A DNA stretch of 64,000 bases, from positions 158,286,001 to 158,350,000 of the forward strand of contig OX597814.1 of assembly GCA_951406725.2 (NCBI GenBank), in the 5' to 3' direction. Origin of the DNA: Octopus vulgaris (taxonomy: Eukaryota). The position numbers and the translations under genes were made by a program. This document shows positions 1 to 12,333 of the stretch, one piece after another (the stretch's first letter is position 1; every line of letters begins with the position of its first letter). The notes under the pieces were generated by a model that searched no databases, was not told the origin of the DNA, and saw nothing but the letters and a program-made list of their open reading frames with translations.

Positions 1-1615
1 TATTTATTCCACACCAAGTGGCCTAGTGCTTCGAGAAACCTGGATTATTATAATATTTTATAACATATTATAATATTTTTACAAAATAAATATAAGAGAG
101 TGGTCACTATATTGCTCACTCTAGCACCAGTTAATCCAAAAGGTTTCAACCACGAAAATACATGCTTACCATGAAAGTCAGTACGATTGTTAGCTCACAC
201 GGACAGGGCAAATAAAAAATAACAAAAATACAGATTATTTTGGGACAATTGTTTCGCTATTAATGAATTAAATGTAATTTTACTTACAAAAAAAAATCCA
301 TTTGTAGCTCGTCAGCCAAGACTATCTGGATGAAATCCACTCAATCACACGCCAGATTTTACCATAACGATAAATACGCGTGTGGTTCAATTGATTACAT
401 CCGACGTTATAATTCAAATGCCCCAACCAACAGCGCGCCAAACTCTCACGGAAAACAAATACAGCATTTAGAAATAAATGCAGCATAATTATAATTAATT
501 AATAAGGGTGAGAGAATTAGATACTAATTTAATAGTATATTTATTCCACACCAAGTGGCCTAGTGCTTCGAGAAACCTGGATTATTATATTTTATAACAT
601 ATTATAATATTTTTACAAAATAAATATAAGAGAGTGGTCACTATATTGCTCACTCTAGCACCAGTTAATCCAAAAGGTTTCAACCACGAAAATACATGCT
701 TACCATGAAAGTCAGTACGATTGTTAGCTCACACGGACAGGGCAAATAAAAAATAACAAAAATACAGATTATTTTGGGACAATTGTTTCGCTATTAATGA
801 ATTAAATGTAATTTTACTTAAAAAAAAAATCCATTTGTAGCTCGTCAGCCAAGACTATCTGGATGAAATCCACTCAATCACACGCCAGATTTTACCATAA
901 CGATAAATACGCGTGTGGTTCAATTGATTACATCCGACGTTATAATTCAAATGCCCCAACCAACAGCGCGCCAAACTCTCACGGAAAACAAATACAGCAT
1001 TTAGAAATAAATGCAGCATAATTATAATGAATTAATAAGGGTGAGAGAATTAGATACTAATTTAATAGTATATTTATTCCACACCAAGTGGCCTAGTGCT
1101 TCGAGAAACCTGGATTATTATAATATTTTATAACATATTATAATATTTTTACAAAATAAATATAAGAGAGTGGTCACTATATTGCTCACTCTAGCACCAG
1201 TTAATCCAAAAGGTTTCAACCACGAAAATACATGCTTACCATGAAAGTCAGTACGATTGTTAGCTCACACGGACAGGGCAAATAAAAAATAACAAAAATA
1301 CAGATTATTTTGGGACAATTGTTTCGCTATTAATGAATTAAATGTAATTTTACTTACAAAAAAAAATCCATTTGTAGCTCGTCAGCCAAGACTATCTGGA
1401 TGAAATCCACTCAATCACACGCCAGATTTTACCATAACGATAAATACGCGTGTGGTTCAATTGATTACATCCGACGTTATAATTCAAATGCCCCAACCAA
1501 CAGCGCGCCAAACTCTCACGGAAAACAAATACAGCATTTAGAAATAAATGCAGCATAATTATAATTAATTAATAAGGGTGAGAGAATTAGATACTAATTT
1601 AATAGTATATTTATT
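1..1615 (-). repeat. Tandem array, 3 copies of a ~537-bp hammerhead-containing monomer (inverted arm; runs off the window start)
   Basis: TATTTATTCCACACCAAG recurs at 1, 538 and 1071, and begins again at 1608. The sequence is the reverse complement of the 1618-8213 monomers. Confidence 0.97.
231..328 (-). ncRNA. Type I hammerhead ribozyme (representative of 3 - strand copies; cores begin at 315, 848, 1385)
   Basis: Exact reverse complement of the 2059-2156 motif. Confidence 0.9.
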
Positions 1616-1617
1616 TT

Positions 1618-4600
1618 TGTATTTTTGTTATTTTTTATTTGCCCTGTCCGTGTGAGCTAACAATCGTACTGACTTTCATGGTAAGCATGTATTTTCGTGG
1701 TTGAAACCTTTTGGATTAACTGGTGCTAGAGTGAGCAATATAGTGACCACTCTCTTATATTTATTTTGTAAAAATATTATAATATGTTATAAAATATTAT
1801 AATAATCCAGGTTTCTCGAAGCACTAGGCCACTTGGTGTGGAATAAATATACTATTAAATTAGTATCTAATTCTCTCACCCTTATTAATTAATTATAATT
1901 ATGCTGCATTTATTTCTAAATGCTGTATTTGTTTTCCGTGAGAGTTTGGCGCGCTGTTGGTTGGGGCATTTGAATTATAACGTCGGATGTAATCAATTGA
2001 ACCACACGCGTATTTATCGTTATGGTAAAATCTGGCGTGTGATTGAGTGGATTTCATCCAGATAGTCTTGGCTGACGAGCTACAAATGGATTTTTTTTTG
2101 TAAGTAAAATTACATTTAATTCATTAATAGCGAAACAATTGTCCCAAAATAATCTGTATTTTTGTTATTTTTTATTTGCCCTGTCCGTGTGAGCTAACAA
2201 TCGTACTGACTTTCATGGTAAGCATGTATTTTCGTGGTTGAAACCTTTTGGATTAACTGGTGCTAGAGTGAGCAATATAGTGACCACTCTCTTATATTTA
2301 TTTTGTAAAAATATTATAATATGTTATAAAATATTATAATAATCCAGGTTTCTCGAAGCACTAGGCCACTTGGTGTGGAATAAATATACTATTAAATTAG
2401 TATCTAATTCTCTCACCCTTATTAATTAATTATAATTATGCTGCATTTATTTCTAAATGCTGTATTTGTTTTCCGTGTGAGTTTGGCGCGCTGTTGGTTG
2501 GGGCATTTGAATTATAACGTCGGATGTAATCAATTGAACCACACGCGTATTTATCGTTATGGTAAAATCTGGCGTGTGATTGAGTGGATTTCATCCAGAT
2601 AGTCTTGGCTGACGAGCTACAAATGGATTTTTTTTTGTAAGTAAAATTACATTTAATTCATTAATAGCGAAACAATTGTCCCAAAATAATCTGTATTTTT
2701 GTTATTTTTTATTTGCCCTGTCCGTGTGAGCTAACAATCGTACTGACTTTCATGGTAAGCATGTATTTTCGTGGTTGAAAACTTTTGGATTAACTGGTGC
2801 TAGAGTGAGCAATATAGTGACCACTCTCTTATATTTATTTTGTAAAAATATTATAATATGTTATAAAATATTATAATAATCCAGGTTTCTCGAAGCACTA
2901 GGCCACTTGGTGTGGAATAAATATACTATTAAATTAGTATCTAATTCTCTCACCCTTATTAATTCATTATAATTATGCTGCATTTATTTCTAAATGCTGT
3001 ATTTGTTTTCCGTGAGAGTTTGGCGCGCTGTTGGTTGGGGCATTTGAATTATAACGTCGGATGTAATCAATTGAACCACACGCGTATTTATCGTTATGGT
3101 AAAATCTGGCGTGTGATTGAGTGGATTTCATCCAGATAGTCTTGGCTGACGAGCTACAAATGGATTTTTTTTTGTAAGTAAAATTACATTTAATTCATTA
3201 ATAGCGAAACAATTGTCCCAAAATAATCTGTATTTTTGTTATTTTTTATTTGCCCTGTCCGTGTGAGCTAACAATCGTACTGACTTTCATGGTAAGCATG
3301 TATTTTCGTGGTTGAAACCTTTTGGATTAACTGGTGCTAGAGTGAGCAATATAGTGACCACTCTCTTATATTTATTTTGTAAAAATATTATAATATGTTA
3401 TAAAATATTATAATAATCCAGGTTTCTCGAAGCACTAGGCCACTTGGTGTGGAATAAATATACTATTAAATTAGTATCTAATTCTCTCACCCTTATTAAT
3501 TAATTATAATTATGCTGCATTTATTTCTAAATGCTGTATTTGTTTTCCGTGTGAGTTTGGCGCGCTGTTGGTTGGGGCATTTGAATTATAACGTCGGATG
3601 TAATCAATTGAACCACACGCGTATTTATCGTTATGGTAAAATCTGGCGTGTGATTGAGTGGATTTCATCCAGATAGTCTTGGCTGACGAGCTACAAATGG
3701 ATTTTTTTTTTGTAAGTAAAATTACATTTAATTCATTAATAGCGAAACAATTGTCCCAAAATAATCTGTATTTTTGTTATTTTTTATTTGCCCTGTCCGT
3801 GTGAGCTAACAATCGTACTGACTTTCATGGTAAGCATGTATTTTCGTGGTTGAAACCTTTTGGATTAACTGGTGCTAGAGTGAGCAATATAGTGACCACT
3901 CTCTTATATTTATTTTGTAAAAATATTATAATATGTTATAAAATATTATAATAATCCAGGTTTCTCGAAGCACTAGGCCACTTGGTGTGGAATAAATATA
4001 CTATTAAATTAGTATCTAATTCTCTCACCCTTATTAATTAATTATAATTATGCTGCATTTATTTCTAAATGCTGTATTTGTTTTCCGTGAGAGTTTGGCG
4101 CGCTGTTGGTTGGGGCATTTGAATTATAACGTCGGATGTAATCAATTGAACCACACGCGTATTTATCGTTATGGTAAAATCTGGCGTGTGATTGAGTGGA
4201 TTTCATCCAGATAGTCTTGGCTGACGAGCTACAAATGGATTTTTTTTTGTAAGTAAAATTACATTTAATTCATTAATAGCGAAACAATTGTCCCAAAATA
4301 ATCTGTATTTTTGTTATTTTTTATTTGCCCTGTCCGTGTGAGCTAACAATCGTACTGACTTTCATGGTAAGCATGTATTTTCGTGGTTGAAACCTTTTGG
4401 ATTAACTGGTGCTAGAGTGAGCAATATAGTGACCACTCTCTTATATTTATTTTGTAAAAATATTATAATATGTTATAAAATATTGTAATAATCCAGGTTT
4501 CTCGAAGCACTAGGCCACTTGGTGTGGAATAAATATACTATTAAATTAGTATCTAATTCTCTCACCCTTATTAATTAATTATAATTATGCTGCATTTATT

Positions 4601-7600
4601 TCTAAATGCTGTATTTGTTTTCCGTGAGAGTTTGGCGCGCTGTTGGTTGGGGCATTTGAATTATAACGTCGGATGTAATCAATTGAACCACACGCGTATT
4701 TATCGTTATGGTAAAATCTGGCGTGTGATTGAGTGGATTTCATCCAGATAGTCTTGGCTGACGAGCTACAAATGGATTTTTTTTTGTAAGTAAAATTACA
4801 TTTAATTCATTAATAGCGAAACAATTGTCCCAAAATAATCTGTATTTTTGTTATTTTTTATTTGCCCTGTCCGTGTGAGCTAACAATCGTACTGACTTTC
4901 ATGGTAAGCATGTATTTTCGTGGTTGAAACCTTTTGGATTAACTGGTGCTAGAGTGAGCAATATAGTGACCACTCTCTTATATTTATTTTGTAAAAATAT
5001 TATAATATGTTATAAAATATTATAATAATCCAGGTTTCTCGAAGCACTAGGCCACTTGGTGTGGAATAAATATACTATTAAATTAGTATCTAATTCTCTC
5101 ACCCTTATTAATTCATTATAATTATGCTGCATTTATTTCTAAATGCTGTATTTGTTTTCCGTGAGAGTTTGGCGCGCTGTTGGTTGGGGCATTTGAATTA
5201 TAACGTCGGATGTAATCAATTGAACCACACGCGTATTTATCGTTATGGTAAAATCTGGCGTGTGATTGAGTGGATTTCATCCAGATAGTCTTGGCTGACG
5301 AGCTACAAATGGATTTTTTTTTTGTAAGTAAAATTACATTTAATTCATTAATAGCGAAACAATTGTCCCAAAATAATCTGTATTTTTGTTATTTTTTATT
5401 TGCCCTGTCCGTGTGAGCTAACAATCGTACTGACTTTCATGGTAAGCATGTATTTTCGTGGTTGAAACCTTTTGGATTAACTGGTGCTAGAGTGAGCAAT
5501 ATAGTGACCACTCTCTTATATTTATTTTGTAAAAATATTATAATATGTTATAAAATATTATAATAATCCAGGTTTCTCGAAGCACTAGGCCACTTGGTGT
5601 GGAATAAATATACTATTAAATTAGTATCTAATTCTCTCACCCTTATTAATTAATTATAATTATGCTGCATTTATTTCTAAATGCTGTATTTGTTTTCCGT
5701 GTGAGTTTGGCGCGCTGTTGGTTGGGGCATTTGAATTATAACGTCGGATGTAATCAATTGAACCACACGCGTATTTATCGTTATGGTAAAATCTGGCGTG
5801 TGATTGAGTGGATTTCATCCAGATAGTCTTGGCTGACGAGCTACAAATGGATTTTTTTTTTGTAAGTAAAATTACATTTAATTCATTAATAGCGAAACAA
5901 TTGTCCCAAAATAATCTGTATTTTTGTTATTTTTTATTTGCCCTGTCCGTGTGAGCTAACAATCGTACTGACTTTCATGGTAAGCATGTATTTTCGTGGT
6001 TGAAACCTTTTGGATTAACTGGTGCTAGAGTGAGCAATATAGTGACCACTCTCTTATATTTATTTTGTAAAAATATTATATGTTATAAAATATTATAATA
6101 ATCCAGGTTTCTCGAAGCACTAGGCCACTTGGTGTGGAATAAATATACTATTAAATTAGTATCTAATTCTCTCACCCTTATTAATTAATTATAATTATGC
6201 TGCATTTATTTCTAAATGCTGTATTTGTTTTCCGTGAGAGTTTGGCGCGCTGTTGGTTGGGGCATTTGAATTATAACGTCGGATGTAATCAATTGAACCA
6301 CACGCGTATTTATCGTTATGGTAAAATCTGGCGTGTGATTGAGTGGATTTCATCCAGATAGTCTTGGCTGACGAGCTACAAATGGATTTTTTTTTGTAAG
6401 TAAAATTACATTTAATTCATTAATAGCGAAACAATTGTCCCAAAATAATCTGTATTTTTGTTATTTTTTATTTGCCCTGTCCGTGTGAGCTAACAATCGT
6501 ACTGACTTTCATGGTAAGCATGTATTTTCGTGGTTGAAACCTTTTGGATTAACTGGTGCTAGAGTGAGCAATATAGTGACCACTCTCTTATATTTATTTT
6601 GTAAAAATATTATAATATGTTATAAAATATTGTAATAATCCAGGTTTCTCGAAGCACTAGGCCACTTGGTGTGGAATAAATATACTATTAAATTAGTATC
6701 TAATTCTCTCACCCTTATTAATTAATTATAATTATGCTGCATTTATTTCTAAATGCTGTATTTGTTTTCCGTGAGAGTTTGGCGCGCTGTTGGTTGGGGC
6801 ATTTGAATTATAACGTCGGATGTAATCAATTGAACCACACGCGTATTTATCGTTATGGTAAAATCTGGCGTGTGATTGAGTGGATTTCATCCAGATAGTC
6901 TTGGCTGACGAGCTACAAATGGATTTTTTTTTTGTAAGTAAAATTACATTTAATTCATTAATAGCGAAACAATTGTCCCAAAATAATCTGTATTTTTGTT
7001 ATTTTTTATTTGCCCTGTCCGTGTGAGCTAACAATCGTACTGACTTTCATGGTAAGCATGCATTTTCGTGGTTGAAACCTTTTGGATTAACTGGTGCTAG
7101 AGTGAGCAATATAGTGACCACTCTCTTATATTTATTTTGTAAAAATATTATAATATGTTATAAAATATTATAATAATCCAGGTTTCTCGAAGCACTAGGC
7201 CACTTGGTGTGGAATAAATATACTATTAAATTAGTATCTAATTCTCTCACCCTTATTAATTAATTATAATTATGCTGCATTTATTTCTAAATGCTGTATT
7301 TGTTTTCCGTGAGAGTTTGGCGCGCTGTTGGTTGGTGCATTTGAATTATAACGTCGGATGTAATCAATTGAACCACACGCGTATTTATCGTCATAGTAAA
7401 ATCTGGCGTGTGATTGAGTGGATTTCATCCAGATAGTCTTGGCTGACGAGCTACAAATGGATTTTTTTTTGTAAGTAAAATTACATTTAATTCATTAATA
7501 GCGAAACAATTGTCCCAAAATAATCTGTATTTTTGTTATTTTTTATTTGCCCTGTCCGTGTGAGCTAACAATCGTACTGACTTTCATGGTAAGCATGTAT

Positions 7601-8213
7601 TTTCGTGGTTGAAACCTTTTGGATTAACTGGTGCTAGAGTGAGCAATATAGTGACCACTCTCTTATATTTATTTTGTAAAAATATTATAATATGTTATAA
7701 AATATTGTAATAATCCAGGTTTCTCGAAGCACTAGGCCACTTGGTGTGGAATAAATATACTATTAAATTAGTATCTAATTCTCTCACCCTTATTAATTAA
7801 TTATAATTATGCTGCATTTATTTCTAAATGCTGTATTTGTTTTCCGTGAGAGTTTGGCGCGCTGTTGGTTGGGGCATTTGAATTATAACGTCGGATGTAA
7901 TCAATTGAACCACACGCGTATTTATCGTTATGGTAAAATCTGGCGTGTGATTGAGTGGATTTCATCCAGATAGTCTTGGCTGACGAGCTACAAATGGATT
8001 TTTTTTTTTGTAAGTAAAATTACATTTAATTCATTAATAGCGAAACAATTGTCCCAAAATAATCTGTATTTTTGTTATTTTTTATTTGCCCTGTCCGTGT
8101 GAGCTAACAATCGTACTGACTTTCATGGTAAGCATGTATTTTCGTGGTTGAAACCTTTTGGATTAACTGGTGCTAGAGTGAGCAATATAGTGACCACTCT
8201 CTTATATTTATTT
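1618..8213 (+). repeat. Tandem array, ~12.3 copies of the ~537-bp monomer (retrozyme-like satellite)
   Basis: CTGACGAG recurs at 2072, 2609, 3146, 3683, 4221, 4758, 5295, 5833, 6368, 6905, 7443 and 7980. Copies differ by only a few SNPs or indels. The array ends in (TA)n at ~8214. Confidence 0.97.
2059..2156 (+). ncRNA. Type I hammerhead ribozyme (representative of 12 + strand copies; last cleavage site at 8053)
   Basis: Stem I CAGAT..TTGG/CCAA..ATCTG; core CTGACGA (2072-2078); stem II GCTA..TAGC; GAAA; minimal palindromic stem III AC-AATT-GT; GUC triplet at 2141-2143. Confidence 0.9.
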
Positions 8214-8215
8214 TA

Positions 8216-8261
<46 letters not shown>

Positions 8262-8372
8262 TACATGACTATATATAAATTCATGCATACACACACACGC
8301 ACACGCACGCACATACACACACGCACACACGCACACAAACACACACACAAATACATGCACACACACACATAT
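8214..8372. repeat. (TA)n/(CA)n microsatellite
   Basis: Dinucleotide runs directly visible. Confidence 0.95.
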
Positions 8373-8373
8373 A

Positions 8374-8606
8374 TAGGAGCAGGTGCTGCTCTGAGGTAAG
8401 AAGCTGGCTTCCAGGCTGCATGTTTTCGGGTTCACTTTAGGCAAGAGTCTTCTACTATAGCCTCTGGCCGACCAAGGCCTTGTGAATGGATTTGGTAGAC
8501 AGAAATTGAAAGAAGCCCGTTGTATATATATATATACATACATACATATAGGCAAATGGCGGTGCCCCAGCATGGCCACAGCTCAAGAGCTGAAACTGGA
8601 AAACAT
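8374..8606 (+). mobile_element. tRNA-derived SINE family A (octopus-type), degenerate
   Basis: A/B-box-like head and GTCTTCTACTATAGCC..GGATTTGGTAGAC body; tail GGCGGTGCCCCAGCATGGCC. Homologous to 11937-12333. Confidence 0.8.
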
Positions 8607-8628
8607 AAACATAATACATACATATATA

Positions 8629-8674
<46 letters not shown>

Positions 8675-8686
8675 TACATATATATT

Positions 8687-8885
8687 ACCCACAAGGAGCT
8701 AAACATAGAGGGGACAAACAAGGACAGTCAAACGGATTAAGTCGATTACATCGACCCCAGTGCGTAACTGGTACTTAATTTATCGACCCCGAAAGGATGA
8801 AAGGCAAAGTCGACCTCGGCGGAATTTGAATCCAGAACGTAACGGCAGACGAAATACAGCTACGCATTTCGCCCGGCGTGCTAAC
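8687..8885 (-). mobile_element. tRNA-derived SINE family B (Meta-domain-like), 5' truncated
   Basis: Minus strand GTTCTGGATTCAAATTCCGCCGAGGTCGACTTTGCCTTTCATCCTTTCGGGGTCG; near-identical to 9616-9836 and 36488-36695. Confidence 0.85.
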
Positions 8886-8920
<35 letters not shown>

Positions 8921-9017
8921 GAGCTGGTATGTGTGCGTGTGCGCGAGCGTAAATACACGCTCATACACACACACGTACACGCATATATGTATACACACAC
9001 ACACACATATATGTATG

Positions 9018-9063
<46 letters not shown>

Positions 9064-9210
9064 GAGAGGCAGAGGTAGGAAGAGAGAGTAGTAGAAAGAT
9101 AGATAGATAAATAGATAGATAGATAGATAGATACATACATACATACATACATACATACATACATACATACATACATACATACATACATAGAGAGAGAGAG
9201 AGAGAGAGAG
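8886..9210. repeat. Compound microsatellite (TA, TG, GATA, CATA, GA)
   Basis: Directly visible. Confidence 0.95.
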
Positions 9211-9583
9211 TGAGGTAGGATAATTGCCAGAGTTACAACAGAGCGTATGTTCTAACTTAATAAATATTTTAAGGAGTCACATCCACATGCCGTTAGTCAT
9301 GTTTTTTAGTATCGTATTGCTGTATTAATAAGCGTTAAGAGCATCTTGACGATCTGTCAGAGAATAATGCAACCGTTTTAATATTTTCGCTGATTTGTTC
9401 GTAGGGGTAGTAAACACAAGGAACCGCAGAAATTTTCAAACGCTGGATGGAAATACGCGATTTACATCCTTGACTGTTTCACTATATGCCGACAACGTAG
9501 CGTATGTAGCTTAGGTGGTATTAAAAGCCACAAGAAGATATTGTGCTTATAGTGAAAGTACTACTACTACTACTACTACTATT

Positions 9584-10362
9584 GATTGTGAGAGCACTGC
9601 ATGCCTATTTCTTTACTACCCACAAGGGGCTAAACACAGAGGGGACAAACAAGGACAGACAAACAGATTAAGTCGATTACATCGACCCCAGTACGTAACT
9701 GGTATTTATTTAATCGACCCCGAAAGGATGAAAAGCAAAGTCGACCTCGGCGAAATTTGAACTCAGAAAGTAACGGCAGGCGAAATACGGCTACGCATTT
9801 CGCCCGGCGTGCTAATGTTTCTTCCAGCTCGCCGCCAGCTCGCAGTGCCTGCCATCAAAGTGACACTGGGGTAAAATATACGAAGTCCAGTATACCCATC
9901 ATGACTACCCGTCTGATAAGGGTACACCAGACACGTATCACAACCATATGTGCACTACATGGTGATCTCATTACAAGATAAACAGCGCATGACCTTTCAA
10001 GTGGGGCCCATGTAGAGTTTTCTGCAGGTCGAGTATCCCGCTCAAAAGGTCCCTGTGTAAGGGTTGCTTAATGATGCTGAACGAATCAACCATGTTTCCA
10101 GATGTGAATTATTCAAACACCAAAGAATTCTTCTCACCATATAGCTATGATGTTCCCCAACTGCCTCTGCTCAAGATCAGAGATGCACATATCGTCAGCC
10201 ACCATGGGGCATGTACAACTGGTTTAGATCAAACAACTGACAAGCAAATCTGTGATAATGAGCAGATTATTTGCTGTAGCCCATCTTTTATTCCAAGACA
10301 AAATAATGTACACTTCCAATCAGTTAAGATCAGAAGTCATGAGAACCACTGCCTGGTACTAT
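9584..10362 (-). mobile_element. ~540-bp non-coding interspersed repeat flanked by trinucleotide tracts, interrupted by a SINE B
   Basis: Reverse complement of 39511-40055. Bounded by (CTA)n on the left and (TTA)n on the right. Confidence 0.8.
9616..9836 (-). mobile_element. SINE family B, full length, nested insertion
   Basis: Head GGCGGCGAGCTGG on the - strand. Imperfect flanking duplication GCACTGCATGCC (~9595) / GCAGTGCCTGCC (~9842). Confidence 0.85.
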
Positions 10363-10368
10363 TATAAA

Positions 10369-10443
<75 letters not shown>

Positions 10444-11936
10444 TTTATTAATGTGGTGAGCTGGCAGAATCGTTACCGCACTGGAAAAACTTTTCAATGT
10501 GATCATTGTCCTCTTGTGCAATGTTATAGACGAGCTTGCGGATATTGACATTTAGATAGACACCCCTAGGATTTGTTTGAAAATTTCAGTCAATACAACT
10601 TAAAACAATGCCGACTAAGAAATTGAATATTCCTGTTCAAGGTGTTGTGCTGAGAAATATGCACTCATTAAATATCTTGGGCATATAATTCTTCCGTAAT
10701 GCTAAACATCCACCTTCGTCTTATAAATATTGTATTTCATCTGAATTCCAAAATACCTTAAATGTGTGGAGAATCTTGTAACAATTACAATTCTGGGATG
10801 TAACTGCGATAGAAAATTTTAAAAATCTATTTTATGTAACATTGTTTCCTGGAAAAATCAGTGGAAAGTATTTAAAAGCATGAGAAATGCAAAACCTGTT
10901 AAACACAAACAAGATATATCCGAATGAGATCGTCTCAATTAGGCTTTCATTTTTATTAGTGAGCAATTTTAAATATCAAACAAAGTCTCTATTATTGAGG
11001 ACGGTAAAATTTATGTAAAATATACCGTCTGCATTACACGGAAAATGGTTTGTTTTCCAAAAAAAAAAAAAAAAAATCGTAAAACATTTTCACACATGAC
11101 AGCTGGAAGAGATTGAAATACAATTTAGATTTTTCTGTCCGACGAATACAAGATGCAATGCAAACTATTAAAGAGATTATGTTCTTACTGAATGCCATTT
11201 ACAATTAGAGACGATCTAAGAATACGATGCATTCAATAGAGATAGGAATGATGATGATGATGATGATGACGACGACGACGACGACAACCACCACTACCAT
11301 CATCATCATCAACTACAACAACAACAGCAGCAAAATTTGCCGAAAATACAATCCAAATTTTACACTTTGTTTCGCAACCACATTGTTTCGGTTTCATTCT
11401 TGCAGCGGACTCTCCGGACAGGAGTCTTCGACTGTAATTCCAGAAACTGTGAAGATTTGTTTACGACTCCGCATCAGAGTGATTCGGTAAAAAGCAACAG
11501 TGGGAATACTTACCACGCATAAAATAAGTATTGGAATCGATTGGATCAAAAATACACTTCAAGGTGGTACCCCTGTATCGCTGCTTTCGAATGAATGAAA
11601 GAAGTAAAGGAATACAATAATAAAAGTAATATAATATTGCACGTATCATAAGATATGACAAAAATTTAACACACACGGACATATTTGTCTTCCGCTAGGT
11701 TTCTCACCACGAAATTTAAATCATAGAATGCTAGATAACTCTAAGCTATAACAAACAACATTTCTCCAAAGTACTGTTCAAAAGAATGAAATTTTCAGAG
11801 TAGACAAAAAATTATTCAAATTTGTTTACCTAATCAGAATATTGTTTAGATTCATGATCATTCAATATTAGGTAATAATACAGTAATTGGTATGTAGCAA
11901 TTTAACAATATTACCAAATATTATATATTTCGAGAT

Positions 11937-12333
11937 AGGCGCAGGAGTGGCTGTGTGGTAAGTAGCTTGCTTATCAACTATGGTCCTGGGTTCGGTCCCA
12001 CTGCGTGGCACTTTGGGCAAGTGTCTTCTACTAAAGCCTCGGGCCGACCAAAGCCTTGTGAGTGGAGTTGGTAGACGGAAACTGAAAGAAGCCCGTCGTA
12101 TATATGTATATATATATATATTATGTGTGTATGTATGTTTGTGTGTCTGTGTTTGTCTCCCCAACATCGCTTGACAACCGATGCTGTAATTTAGCGGTTC
12201 GGCAAAAGAGACCGATAGAATAAGTACTAGGCTTACAAATAGTATGTCCTGGGTCAATTTGCTCGACTAAAGGCGGTGCTCCAGCATGGCCGCAGTTAAA
12301 TGACTGAAACAAGTAAAAGAGTAAAAGAATAAA
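11937..12333 (+). mobile_element. SINE family A, near full length
   Basis: GGCGCAGGAGTGGCTGTGTGGTAAG A box, GGTTCGGTCCC B box, internal microsatellite, and (GTAAAAGA)-type tail. Confidence 0.85.

Noticed and set aside
1-8213. CRISPR array, rDNA or tRNA tandem repeat
   Set aside because: Whole 537-bp units repeat with no unique spacers, and no 5S, tRNA or snRNA sequence is recognisable.
8148-9188. ORFs such as [20 protein letters not shown] and poly-I/N/Y (also at 25.2k, 35.7-36.5k, 38.5k, 47.5k and 50.1k)
   Set aside because: These are translations of microsatellites, not genes.
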